A stretch of DNA of 43,802 nt from Octopus bimaculoides (GCF_001194135.2 NC_068995.1:54978699-55022500); one strand, 5' to 3'. Counted from the first letter of the stretch, positions 26,701-40,680 are shown. The notes: generated by a model not told the origin, from the sequence alone. Made by a program: numbers and translations.

Positions 26701-26865
26701 AATTAGAATATATTTTTCATAATTACGAATATAGCAATACAATACAGAGACGTATTATGTAGTTATGTGTCACAAAAAAGCTTTATAATATATTCATTAA
26801 TGTAAATTAGACATATACACAACAATAACTATTAATTTATATATGTATGTATGTGCGTGTGTGCT

Positions 26866-26898
<33 letters not shown>

Positions 26899-27158
26899 NN
26901 NNNNNNNNNNNNNNNNNNNNNNNNNNNNNNNNNNNNNNNNNNNNNNNNNNNNNNNNNNNNNNNNNNNNNNNNNNNNNNNNNNNNNNNNNNNNNNNNNNNN
27001 NNNNNNNNNNNNNNNNNNNNNNNNNNNNNNNNNNNNNNNNNNNNNNNNNNNNNNNNNATAAGTATATATATATATATGTATGTATGTATATATGTCTACT
27101 TATATATACATATATACCTGCCTAAATTCACACATACATACATACATATATGCATATA

Positions 27159-27196
<38 letters not shown>

Positions 27197-28243
27197 ATAG
27201 AATTAAAATTGGTGGACTGAATAAAATGGATGCGAATATAAACATTTCTTTAACTGTCGACTCACATGAGTTGTCCATTTATCATTTGCTATCAAGAGAA
27301 TTGATGCATGCATGATAAATGAGAATAAGAATAAAATAAAACTGGAAACCTACACTCTTTGTTAACTGTTAAACAAAAGTAGAGCAGACAAAAATAGAAG
27401 TTTAAGTATTTTCAACTATAAGTATTTTCACTATAGGGGATAGAATAAACACAGATCTTTTCTAGCACAGAATCACATTAGTTTTCAACCACCAACTTAT
27501 TTAATAATTTTTTTAAATCGGATTTTATCATCTTGTTTTAGTAGGTAATATGAGATTTGTTTATGTTGACTAAACCCAGAGGTAATAGTTAATCTTCCTT
27601 TCGGGGATAGGGAATATGGGGAAAGCAATATCAATTTTATTCTTGTTTCATGGAGAATTTTTTAGTATAACAGTTTGCATATACGTGTAATGTGTAGAAG
27701 AACAATTTGTAAATATTCGGAGATATTTTAACAAATGAATAATTTCAACATCATGCAGCTTTCAATTTGATGGGTCGCATAATCAATTGTTCTCTATCAA
27801 GTTACGCTTCATCCTTGAGTGATTGAAGCTTAAATCCGGCCAGCAATGTTTGAGTAAGAAATTTAATAGGGAAGATAGTCGTTCGTTAAACAGAGGCTAT
27901 ATAATCGCAGAAACGAGGGTGGGTTACTGTACAATACGCAAGTTTATAAGTGACTTGAACGCCTTTAATATCTTTCAGGAAAAGATAAAATGATTATTCC
28001 GGACTTCGTAGAGTTTCAACATTGGTGAATATAGACAGCATGAAAAGGCAGCATTTTAAATATAAACGGTGAGAACAGTCACCATAGTGTTCACTCTTTG
28101 CACTCACGTACACCATCATATGTATCTAATTTTAGTAACAACAAAGCAACAGCAAAGACATTATAGCGTGCAGATTTATTGTATATGTATATATATACAC
28201 ATATATGCTTATAGATGTATATATATATATATATGTATGTATG

Positions 28244-28276
<33 letters not shown>

Positions 28277-28938
28277 NNNNNNNNNNNNNNNNNNNNNNNN
28301 NNNNNNNNNNNNNNNNNNNNNNNNNNNNNNNNNNNNNNNNNNNNNNNNNNNNNNNNNNNNNNNNNNNNNNNNNNNNNNNNNNNNNNNNNNNNNNNNNNNN
28401 NNNNNNNNNNNNNNNNNNNNNNNNNNNNNNNNNNNNNNNNNNNNNNNNNNNNNNNNNNNNNNNNNNNNNNNNNNNNNNNNNNNNNNNNNNNNNNNNNNNN
28501 NNNNNNNNNNNNNNNNNNNNNNNNNNNNNNNNNNNNNNNNNNNNNNNNNNNNNNNNNNNNNNNNNNNNNNNNNNNNNNNNNNNNNNNNNNNNNNNNNNNN
28601 NNNNNNNNNNNNNNNNNNNNNNNNNNNNNNNNNNNNNNNNNNNNNNNNNNNNNNNNNNNNNNNNNNNNNNNNNNNNNNNNNNNNNNNNNNNNNNNNNNNN
28701 NNNNNNNNNNNNNNNNNNNNNNNNNNNNNNNNNNNNNNNNNNNNNNNNNNNNNNNNNNNNNNNNNNNNNNNNNNNNNNNNNNNNNNNNNNNNNNNNNNNN
28801 NNNNNNNNNNNNNNNNNNNNNNNNNNNNNNNNNNNNNNNNNNNNNNNNNNNNNNNNNNNNNNNNNNNNNNNNNNNNNNNNNNNNNNNNNNNNNNNNNNNN
28901 NNNNNNNNNNNNNNNNNNNNNNNNNNNNNNNNNNNNNN

Positions 28939-28939
<1 letters not shown>

Positions 28940-28987
<48 letters not shown>
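28940..28987. repeat. (TG)n microsatellite at a gap edge
   Basis: Read directly from the sequence. Confidence 0.95.
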
Positions 28988-28988
<1 letters not shown>

Positions 28989-31959
28989 TACCCGGTGAAT
29001 ACCTGTTGAAAATAGTTGACGGCTTCTTAAGTTGCAATTACAATATTTCATCAAATGGTATGGTGACTCTAATCTAAGTTGACAGATAACGATTTAAATC
29101 AGAAGTAACTATTCCAACAGTTAATTGTGAAGTTTTCGTCGAGGCAGAAAAATAATGGAGTTCGTATTTGGAAAGATGTTCTTCAGTGTTTTGTGTAAAT
29201 TTTGTATTTTTTCACCTTTTATTTTAAATGCAATTTTCCTCAAAATTTGGGAGAAATAAACTACAGACAAGGAACTAAAAATTGGCTCAGTGAAATCTCT
29301 GTTGTCTGTTTTCTTTCACGACCCCCTCTGATAGCACAACCAGCTCCAAGGGAAATACGCGTTGTATGAAACACATGCACTGAGAAACGTCACTTCTGGT
29401 CAAAGACATGGTTTAGGTGATTCCAACAGTATGCAAACAGATACATCCTTGTATCTTCTTCGTAACTAGTGAAAGGCCGCTATCCACTAACCAACGTTTT
29501 GACATATAGTTTCCACTTATTTCATTCGAAAACAATATAAATATACTCGGTCAAACTATTCGGTGGAAGGCCTTTTACAAACGTGCTGTCTTTTACATTG
29601 AACTAGAAGACAGGTTTTCGTGCATTTCATCTACGAAAACAAACGTCCGAAATGTACGCCAATGTTTACACACCTACACATGCAGTAACTATTCTTCAGA
29701 AATGAATTATCCTGAATAGGTGAGCATGAATATTTAAGTAGAATATAAATCTATATGTATTAAGAGAGATTTCAAGTACATATGTTAAATTATACAAGTA
29801 GATTACACACCTGAATCTATATCTAGTTTATGTGGATAATTCATTAAAGCAAACTATATAAAATCAAACGAAAGTAAAGTGTACTTTGAATAGACCTATC
29901 ATTACGAAATGAAAATACATTGTATTCAATTGATTTAAAAAGTTCAGAATGGGATTGAGTCACTTTCTGACTGCATTAATATTATTGTATTTCAAAAACG
30001 CTTCTATAGCTCATACATCATGATAACATAAAAATAAATTCGACTTCTAAGAAATGGTACACGCAAGCCCGATCACTCTAAATCGCTTCGCTATTCAAAG
30101 AAGAATTAGAATTTCATTTAATCCATATATCATCCTTCTAAATATCCATATATTATAGCTATATGTGAGCGCTTGTTTTCTCTCGTATGCTTGTCATGAA
30201 TATATATATATATATATATATATATANNNNNNNNNNNNNNNNNNNNNNNNNNNNNNNNNNNNNNNNNNNNNNNNNNNNNNNNNNNNNNNNNNNNNNNNNN
30301 NNNNNNNNNNNNNNNNNNNNNNNNNNNNNNNNNNNNNNNNNNNNNNNNNNNNNNNNNNNNNNNNNNNNNNNNNNNNNNNNNNNNNNNNNNNNNNNNNNNN
30401 NNNNNNNNNNNNNNNNNNNNNNNNNNNNNNNNNNNNNNNNNNNNNNNNNNNNNNNNNNNNNNNNNNNNNNNNNNNNNNNNNNNNNNNNNNNNNNNNNNNN
30501 NNNNNNNNNNNNNNNNNNNNNNNNNNNNNNNNNNNNNNNNNNNNNNNNNNNNNNNNNNNNNNNNNTATATATATATGGATGTGTTGTGCGTGTGTATTCA
30601 GAAAACATATATTTATCCGTAGTGTGAACTTTTATGACATAACTTTATGTATTGGCCTATATAGAAACTTTCATATGAACAGTGGCATCTATTTCCTGAC
30701 TTACTGTATTTGTTCTCAAACAATAAGGTATATTCATTTAACTACAGTCGACTCTGAATCTTTAATACCAAATGCTATACCACGAAACCATTCTTATATT
30801 ACATTTTATATTTCATAGAACAGGAATAAAGTGAAGGTAAATGAATGTGCATGCATGGTTACATTCGCTTTACATTGCAATATTACATTCAATATCCTCG
30901 TTACATTTGAAACTGAATTTTCAATATATTTACTGTATTGACATTTACGCAAACTTCATTTGTTAAAGTCAGATGTCATCTTTCTAATCATTAGTTTTGT
31001 TCAAGATGACTTAATACGTTTACGTGTAGTTAATGATTCAATTCATTTCACCTTTTATAAATTGGCCATTTTCTTATAGTAGAAAATGACGCCGTGTATT
31101 GAATGAAAGTCCTTTCCTTAGGTGCTTTTATCGGGTGATTTCATTGCTCTTTGTCCAGCTGACATCTTTTCTCATCTACGTAGCTATTTATTCATCATGC
31201 ACTACCTGATCTAAATAAAGTATATATTTTCCATTACTCAATCAGTCAGTAATAATTTCTATGCCTTCAGCGCACGGATAATTCCAATTTCTACATCATG
31301 CATTATGAAGTTCACTAGCATATTAGTTTACTGCTAAGGAACAACAAAGGAAAAGAATTTTCTGAGGTATTATGGAATATGTCTTGCTCAGTATTTCATT
31401 TCCAAGTGAAAGGAAACATGTAATTGGCATTTCAAATATTTGAGGGGGGAAAAAACGCAGATTTTTTTGCATAGGTAGGTGCATAAATAGACAGCCAGCC
31501 AGCGAGATTGATAGTAAATAAATACAGGGTTAGAAAGAGATAGACATGAATTTATGTATCTAATATATATGCATATATTATATAAACATATATATGCATA
31601 CACATACACACACTAACAGATATATACATATATACATAAAACGTGAAAATATATATAGAGAGAGAGAGAAAGAAAGAGAGAGATTATTAGATAGATTGAT
31701 AGACAGATAGATCGGTAGATATACAATGGTATATATATATATATATATACAATCATAATACAAATGATATGTGAGCATATGCATATATACATATATATAC
31801 ATATATATATATATATATGTACGTACCTACATCTAACTGTATATATAGATGCATATCCGGGTACAGGACATCATAATTTGCGTGATAATTCTGACCAGGA
31901 ATTAATTATATGTGTTTAAATTATAGGCATGAGATATAAATTCCTTAAATTCAAACTAA

Positions 31960-32256
31960 ACTGGAGCAACAACGTATCACGAAAAGACGTTGGCCAGAAA
32001 AAAACATCTTCATATGAAATAGCAAGTTAATAAAAGAAATAGACAAAACAAAACCCCAAGATTGGCTGAGAAGCTCAGGTCTCATTGCAGAGACCGAAGG
32101 ATTTGTAATTGCAGCACAAGATCAAAGCTTTCCCACCAGAATTCACCCAAAAACATGCAATGAAAAGAAACACAAGTAAATTCAGAATATGCGTAGAGGG
32201 AGAAGAAACAATAATTCATATTATCTCTAGCAGCCCAGTCATGTACAAGAAATAAT
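31960..32256 (+). mobile_element. Degenerate C-terminal fragment of an R4/Dong-type non-LTR retrotransposon (post-RT region and decayed CCHC finger)
   Basis: Translation gives WPEK...EIDKTKPQDWLRSSGLIAETEGFVIAAQDQSFPTR, then after a frameshift KFRICVEGEETIIHIISSSP. This matches WL..GL..ETEG.I.AAQDQ...TR and a decayed CR.C....ETI.HI.S.C. The element may extend to a TAA-rich tail near 32615. Confidence 0.8.
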
Positions 32257-32381
32257 AAAAAATGATGTAGGCACTTGGAAGATCATTTCAAGCTTGTGAA
32301 TACCTAGGGATTTGGGGGGGGGGGTTAACCCGATACTCACAAACAATTCTTTCAGGGATGAGAACAAAGCTTGGTCAAATC

Positions 32382-32465
<84 letters not shown>
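32382..32465. repeat. (AAT)28 microsatellite
   Basis: Perfect 84-nt run. Confidence 0.97.
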
Positions 32466-32466
<1 letters not shown>

Positions 32467-33700
32467 TTCCTCTTTGGAACGGGAAGATTATTCAGGTAAG
32501 TATTAGATAGTTGAAAAGAAAAGGCAACATGGTACCGTTGACTGCAGGCAGCAGAACGCCAGGAGTTATAACAAAACCTGAGTTAAAAGCAAAAACAATG
32601 ATAATAGTAATAATAATTTGAGATGATTTTGTTTAAGATGTTCCTGTACTGAATTCCTATCAACTTTATTATAATAGATACAGAAGCGTAAGTCCATTCT
32701 ACATCATTCATAAGTCAATTATTCAAGGATTAATACATTCATAATACAGTAATTGAATACAAAGTAATGCGCTATTAACTAGTCATCAACTCTATACCGT
32801 TGAGATATTGTTGTTTTGTAATCCTTTTCAATATTGTCAATAGAAACGTGAAACAATATCTCATTATCACTAACTAAAATATGCATTTAAATATCTCAAT
32901 AGTCGTTATTATTTTTGCAGATGTACAGTATAGTTCATATAGTAATCAGCTGTACACGTAGATTCAAAGTTTAATCAAAATTTATGAATGCATACATTAA
33001 TGTCGACGAACATGAATTCAGTTTCATGAATGTGATTTCGCTGGTTCAAACATGATAACATGATTGGGTGAATAAGATTGAAATTGTTATTCAGAGGCTT
33101 CCAGCGCACTATTATCGTTTTGCTAAATATTTCATGTCTTATTTATTAATTTAACAATTGAATCGCACCGAAGCTCTAAACATGTATATATTCTGGTTCA
33201 GTTGAATTATACATCATACATCATTTGCATGATACGCAATTTGCTTAAAACGTCCAAGAGACTCTGCAGCCTATTTCTGAATACAAACAGAGCGTTGCTT
33301 TAATGATACATTTGTTCACTCAGTTCATTTTGAAAACAGCATTTATTCGCATGAACTTCATGAGCCATCACTGGAGGGGGAAACAGTGTAGAGTCATATA
33401 ATGCTCTTTGATAGTTGAATAGCAACTTCATTTTAGTGTATATTTTCTAGTTCTTTGTGCGTTGAAGACAAGTAATGTGCTTTTATTATTTTATTCATTA
33501 CTAAGTCACAAGATAATCTCTGTGTCATTTATTTTCTTTAAGAGCCACAGGTGATTAATAGCAGAATCAAGAACACATCGATATACTTAAACATACATAG
33601 ATATATACAGAAATAAATGAATACATGTATAAACACAATGTTTGTATATACGTATATTTGTAGTGCAAATATATACGTATATACGTATATTTGTAAGACA

Positions 33701-33850
33701 CCTCCGAAAGGGAGGGCCCCGCCACGTCAAAACGGTAGAGGAGTAGGGGCCGAAACCGGACGTGGTTCCGCCTGATGATGTCTTCAGCTAACTGGATCCT
33801 ATAAAGGAACTGTTGTGGTAGCAGACCACGAAACATGGTTGAAATTCCTT

Positions 33851-33852
<2 letters not shown>
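33701..33852 (+). other. GC-rich structured island with scattered hammerhead-like motifs, possibly a PLE terminal-repeat relic
   Basis: GAAA-CCGG (33752-59), CTGATGA (33772-78), hairpin gtggt-agcag-accac (33815-29) followed by GAAA-CATG (33830-37). Crossing complementarities are ggcccc/ggggcc and gccacgtc/gacgtggt. Confidence 0.3.
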
Positions 33853-33889
<37 letters not shown>

Positions 33890-33930
33890 TTCTCTCTCTC
33901 GGTATAAATATATATACATACAATAAGTGC

Positions 33931-34300
33931 AGGCGTGAGTGTGTGGTTAGCAGCTTCCTTACCAACCACATGGTTCTGAGTTCAGATCCACAGCGTGACA
34001 CCTTGAGCAAGTGTCTTCTACTATGTTATCAGGCCGACACTGTATTTGGTAGACGGAAGCTGGAAGAAGCCCGTCGTATATACGTACGTGTGAATGTGTG
34101 TGCATCTGTGTGAGAGTGTTTGTCACTACATCACCACTTGATAACCAGTGTTGATTGTTTACGTCCCCGTAAGTTAGCGATTCGTCACATGGAACCGATA
34201 GAATAAAACTAGGCTTTAGAAAGTCGGTCCTGGGGTAGATTTTTTCGAGGTGGTGTTCCAGCATGGCCGTAATTAACTAACTGAAACATGTAAATAAATG
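33931..34300 (+). mobile_element. Near full-length tRNA-derived SINE (same family as 22447-22888)
   Basis: A-box-like gtgtggttag (33941-50) and B-box-like gttcagatcc (33980-89). The body is colinear with the minus copy, including gtttacgtccccgtaagttagcg, ctaggctt, tcctgggg and ccagcatggcc. Confidence 0.9.
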
Positions 34301-34723
34301 AGTATATATGTATTTACAGGTCTGTGGGTTGGGGGTCTCTGACGTATCATTTCACATGATTGATGTTGTGTAATTCAAGCTTTCATGAAAGTTAATTTGA
34401 ACATTTTTTAAAGTTTTGTAGCAAAAAGATCATTGCATATATTTCAAGAATATATTATTCGTCACATCATTAATTCTTATTTAATAATATTGTTGGGATA
34501 TCGTAGATTAAGAAAACATTGAATCGATAATCACTGTTATTATATGTAGCGTTTGATGTGATCAACTTCTGAAGTTAGGCAACATTTTGGAATTAAGAGA
34601 TTTTATTAAAAATCCAAATCATGTTACTTCATGTTTCTTAGATTAGCATATTTAGAAACCTTTATCGCGTGATATGTAATTGACTTCCCTTTTAATAATA
34701 TAAACATTTCGTATATCTATCCA

Positions 34724-34730
<7 letters not shown>

Positions 34731-34814
<84 letters not shown>
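34731..34814. repeat. (CT)42 microsatellite followed by (AT)n
   Basis: Perfect 84-nt run. Confidence 0.97.
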
Positions 34815-34816
<2 letters not shown>

Positions 34817-35798
34817 ATATATATATATATATATACATATACTCAGATAAACATATATACACACACAAATACATGTGTGAAGGAATGTATATATGGATAT
34901 ATGTGTGTATGTGCGTGTGCATAAGTGTGTGTGAGTGTATGTATGCTTATGGTTGAATATATATTCAAACGCATATAATGAAACACCGTGGTTTTTCCTT
35001 TTTTTTTTCCTTAAAGAACTCTAGCAAAGGAACATGTTTTAAGGCAGTAAAATATAGGAGAGATTCCTTTTAATGTACTTTAAATGCGATAAGTGTGTTA
35101 ATTTACAGCCCTTATGTTAAGGAACATTGATTGCTATAATATAACTTCGTATAATCATGATTTTTTATTACTTCGTTAGGAAGGTAATTTATAAGAATGT
35201 TTGTCTACACATAGATACACGCAAATATGCACAAACAGTTATCACAAACACACATATATTCTCATCATTGTCACACATGCTGCCACATGCAAATACGTGT
35301 GTGAGATGCTAGTTTGAAATATTTTTACACAATTTAACAGAGCTTCATCGTGGATAGTTTCACAAAGATTATTATAGGTATATACAATGGATTAAATTTA
35401 AGCAAATATATTGCAGCTAATCTAAAGTTAGTTATAATCTCCGGTACCAAATTACATGGTTTAGGCACGTGACCCATAGCGAAACACAATTTTGAAGATG
35501 GTATTCGATTGTTAAATAACAACTTCAACTGATGTCCCACTTCGTAAATGGATTCCGTTGTGTACGGCTACAAGACATGTCTCCTATATATATTTGCTAC
35601 TTTAAACGGAAGTGAAGAGTTCAGATAATTACCAAGCTAAAACTACGTAATAGCATATTCTGAAGCAGATTATGACATGAAATAACAGATATAATTGATC
35701 AAAATAGTGTCTATAGATTTCTAGCAATCAGAGTGTATGAGCCGGAGTATACACTAAAACATACATACAGAGGGTAACACCCACACCATATATGCAAG

Positions 35799-35845
<47 letters not shown>

Positions 35846-38049
35846 NNNNNNNNNNNNNNNNNNNNNNNNNNNNNNNNNNNNNNNNNNNNNNNTATATATA
35901 AATATATATATATACATATGAAATGAGCTTACGAGTGACTATATAGCTATCCTAAAATACGTTAGCCGGTCACCACACACACACCGCAGTTAAGTTCAAT
36001 AGCAAATAATATCGAAAATGACGTCTTAACAAGTTGCACTAATGGTTAGTAGCTATGATATTATCAAATATTTGCAATGTATTAGAAAAAATGTGATATA
36101 TATATATATATCTATTACTGATACATTCGATTTACATTTTCATACTGCTGAAATCTATATTTTTATTTCCAATTAGTTGGAATAAATCTGGGAAAATACC
36201 TACAATTTTTATGTTTTGAGTTAGTATTGCATTCAAATGTAAGACATAGGCGTCTCCAATACACTTCTTAAGTTGTGATTTATTCATCCACATTAAATAT
36301 GTCTAATGATGCATTTAATGAGCTACGATTCTTGTTTTTACAAAATACTGAATACGAGTTATGGTTTCAAAAATATCATCTTTTATGAATGAAAGGAAAG
36401 AATAAAAAAGAACAAATATAATTGACTTCATGGTGAAAGAAGTGAAAATATTAATGGCGGAATAATTAACAATTTTGCTTCGTTATGTATTCACTGTAGA
36501 ACAATTTGTCTGCTCTCCTACTGGACTTTATTCGTAACATATTTATGAGTCTGTAACTCTACATTGAAACGCATGGATGAATGCTAACAGATAATTTGAA
36601 TATACATTAGATACTGAGAAGATATTATTCAATGTGTAATAATTGTGATAATGGCAACGGGAAGCTAGTTTTGGTTTTAATGAATATATAACTCTTAATC
36701 GGCAACGGAGAAAAGCGCGATAGATTCTGAAGTCGCACAGACGGACGACCGACGAATGTGTCACACGACATGATGAGGTTCTACTGCATTAAATGTAGAT
36801 ATACCCGCTAGAAAATGAGTAATACTTAATATGGGTACACGATCATGACAATGTGTCAATGAATAGCTATCTACCTGACTGATATTAAGCAATAAAATGC
36901 TCTTTTCTTTAGAATGGAGAAACAGTAGCGTTCTAAAACTCATACCATAGTTATGGATTCTAAATTAACCATTCATCTAAAGTAATAGGATGTCAGAAAC
37001 AGAATACCAGCTAATATGCGTAAATAAGTAGTCTTTTCACTGTGTTAATATTCTGTCAAAAACAAATAGATTGCATGTTATAGAATTGATAATCGAAGCA
37101 AAATAATAAAATATAGCTGCATGTATACAGTAAATGTAATGCTGTAGCTGCCATAAATGTAAGTGAGTCGTTAATCATTCTATGTATAGACTGGTACAGA
37201 AGTGTGAGAAATATAATAGATTCTTACTGATGGACCTTTCATTGGGCTTACCAAATAAATGAGGCATAGCTAAAGTCATTTATTATGTAAACGTTCGAGG
37301 ATAATATATTGTTACAGCACACTTCGGTTGTTAAGACTATATTAAGTGATGTGTAAGTAATATGAGAAAGTAATGTATAAAATGGTAGCGCGGGAGGTAT
37401 GGAAGACAAGACTGACAAATATAGTTAAAGCAAAGAAAAAAAGGTGTCACTTAAAGAAATGCTGATTAGAATTTATTGACAAACACGTCAAGATTTATGC
37501 TTCTAAGCATGGAATGAGACGTTTTAGATAAATTGTTGTTCATACTATTCTTCGTGTTATTTACTATAACATGAAAATTAATCAAGCAGCAATAGCAATG
37601 AAGAAATTCCGGTCATGTTGGTGTCTTATTTTAAACTTATATAAAACTACGTCAGCCAAAGCGACTTTCGCTCTTTTAAGACCGTGGAAATCTAGCTAGA
37701 ATATGTGAGTCGTAACATTTAGTATCTCATATCTTTGTAAGTATAGGTATATAAATATACATATGTGTATGTGGCGCACTTCTGTATGTATAAATGCATA
37801 TCATACACACACATACACACAGACACGCACACATACACACACAGATAGATAGATAAATAGATAGATAGAAAGGAAGCAGATAAAATCAATCGTATTCAGT
37901 TATTTTGTGAAGAAAAAAATGCAATTGAAATAATCTACGCAGGCTAAATATACTAAAGTAAATAAGATATAATCCTTTCTACAATAAGCACAAGTACTGG
38001 TTTTTGTGGGAAGCAGACAATCTATTGCATCGACACTGGCACTCATGAG

Positions 38050-38306
38050 TGCTACTGGTCACATAGAACCTGTTGCATGGTTGAGTCAACGGCGACTAAA
38101 TCGTAGCAACCCAGCAGCTGACAAAAGATCCAAGTCTCCTCAAGATCTACCACAAGGCAATTCGACTGACAGTCAAAAGGCTTTGAAAGATCAATGAATG
38201 CCTGATAAAGTCCTATTTGCCGTTCCTCACACTTTTCCTGTAACTGCCGTGCAGAGAAGACTATGCCAATAACACAGCACTCTACCATTTCTAAATCCAC
38301 TCTGAA
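38050..38306 (-). mobile_element. Reverse-transcriptase fragment of an RTE-clade LINE (pseudogene)
   Basis: Minus-strand translation is FRVD...IGIVFSARQLQEKCEERQIGLYQAFIDLSKPFD, then VSRIALW*ILRRLG after a frameshift. This matches RTE RT domains 2-3 (GFR...T.D.IF..RQL.EKC.E....LY..FIDL.KAFD.V.R..LW..L...G). Confidence 0.88.
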
Positions 38307-38325
38307 TACATACATACATACATAT

Positions 38326-38356
<31 letters not shown>

Positions 38357-38420
38357 CATATATACATACATGGATACATACATTTATACAGGCATGCATA
38401 CATACATATAGACATATACA
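38307..38420. repeat. Degenerate (TACA)n tetranucleotide repeat abutting the RTE fragment
   Basis: Read directly from the sequence. Confidence 0.92.
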
Positions 38421-39365
38421 TATACCTACAAAAATAATAGAGTTTTATGAAGTTTCATTATAACAAATTCAATCACAAGTCCTTGCTTGACGTGGAGAAA
38501 TGATGCCCAAAGCTGATCAATTTATTGCAGTCACTTTAGAAGATGCAGTGAACTGAAACAGAACGTACAAAGATATAGTTGCAAAGCGATGTTTGTGTAA
38601 TTTAAGAATTTTTTTATTGGCATTAAAGTTAAAGAAATCCACTAATACCAAGATTATTATATAACAACACTTGCCCTTATGTATAATAAGTAGATATTCG
38701 TTTTACATAATTTATATTGATTAATGTTTGACACAAGTACATTGTATTGCTTTGGACACATAATAGACGTTCTCGTAGTTATTAGGTTCTGGACAGTTGT
38801 AATATATTCGTTCATCATCTAGACCTTCTTTTATGAGTGGTTTATAGCAACGCTTCGATAAACATTTATTCATTACTGTTTGAGCTGCACACGCTGTAAT
38901 CAGTGGTTCAATAGTTTAGTCACCTTCCTTCCATGCCACTTCATCTCGTACTTCTTAGTGATGCTACTAGTAATTTATGCTATCGTTCAATTTAAACAGA
39001 TACAGTACTCTATACTATAATATATACATTAATCACTGCCAAGTTACTCAAGTGTACAAAATTCTTTATCAAAGAGCATTTGTTATACCGTGATTTTTAC
39101 CCCATGACCTCGGAAATCGATCACCTAAATGCACTTACTGTGATACAAATTGCTCTTGTTTCTTCCGATTTTCATAATGACATTTGGCATTCTAAATGTG
39201 AAACCCAACTGATTATATATCACCATTTGTGCATCGCTCCTGCCGTGTAATTTATATTCGCGGAAATAATTTAGGTCTAGGATTAAATGGAAATGTAACG
39301 TGCACTATACGAAATATGAACTCTACAAAAATACATATTTCCAGTATAAAATGTCTACATGCAAG

Positions 39366-39404
39366 CACGATTGGCGAGGGCATGCGAACTTTCTAACCAA
39401 TAGA
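39366..39404. promoter_or_regulatory. Pair of oppositely oriented CCAAT boxes (possible NF-Y sites)
   Basis: gATTGGcg at 39369-76 and aaCCAATag at 39395-403, both with reasonable NF-Y flanks. No gene is identified next to them. Confidence 0.15.
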
Positions 39405-40680
39405 AATTCACTAATTAGGGATCGAAGTGTTTATTTTCTCACTTGCAAATGATTTTCACCACGAAGTTCTTCAGTTACGTTCGGAGTAATTTAAGGAAGG
39501 TGAAATTACACATATATATTCTCTTTAACAGAGAGAGAAACTGTCCGCTTCTTGCCAATTATTTGATGGCACAAAAGCCTAGAAAAGATAAAAAGAGTAA
39601 AAAGATGTGCATAAGAGCAGTTTATTCGGTAATGCATGCATAATTCATAAATAACATGACAGGTTATTCTATCAAAGTAATGCAAAACAATCATTACAAA
39701 GAACTATTTTCAAATGATTTCGTGCCCTTTTTTCCGCTTTTGCCTATGGCGTTTAGTAAACAGGCTATTCGTCCGTTACAGGGCAACTTCATTCCGACGG
39801 CAGTTTTGGTTTTCATATCGGTGCTGACTCTCTCTCTCTCTCTCTTCCTCTTTCCCCCTCTGTCTCTGTCTCTCTCCCTCTCTCCATATATATATATATA
39901 TATACATGTGTGTGTGTGTGTGTACGTGTGTGTGTGTGTATGTGTGTGTGTATGTGTGTGTGTGCGTACCTGTGTTTTAATTAGCCTGTTGAATTTGAGG
40001 CATGCGGTGAAAACCACTCAAATAACAGGCGATTTTGTCTACCTTGAGATTAAAAAAATATTTTATAGCTGTGTAACGCAAATTTTCATAGTTTACTACT
40101 GTACCCGATTTTTCCGAAGAATATATATTATATTCATTTTAAATCCCCAATGAAGAAATCTCCATCAATAATAAATAAATTATAATCATGATTTTAAATG
40201 TCTGGCCTTCCATCTCGTTGGCAAGCAAAGCTGAAAATGAATGAGCGAGCAATACGGGCTATGAATTAAAATTGTTTGTAATTCGATAAAGTCTGATCAC
40301 TCAGTGACTAAAATCGCAGCTTCCATTATTCGTTTAGAATTGGAAAGAAATATTGTGAAATTTCTGCCATCAATAAAAGAAAGTAAATACTGCGTTGGGT
40401 ATCACACATTATATATTTATTTCCACACGTTTGTGAAAACATCCTCAAAGTTCTAAGGTGCAAGCCTGTTGTGCATATCAAAATATTTTACAGATTATAG
40501 AGTACAAATTGTTTTTACCGTATTCATAGACTTCCATCGCTATGCCATCCACTTCTGGTGAATGAAATGATTTCACGTATATGATTGCGGTATGAACACA
40601 CTTAACTTTAAATCCCAGTAGCAGCCTGACACCCTTTTGAGCTTTGTAGAACTAACGGAAGTATTTCGATACCTCAGTCT

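Noticed and set aside
33710-33770. HDV-like or twister ribozyme reading of the pseudoknot
   Set aside because: The helix order is suggestive and the minus strand has a tcctc loop, but there is no room for P1.1/P4/J4-2 with a catalytic C. Twister core residues are absent.
33931-34005. tRNA-like A/B boxes as a tRNA gene
   Set aside because: No complete cloverleaf, and the sequence continues into the SINE body.
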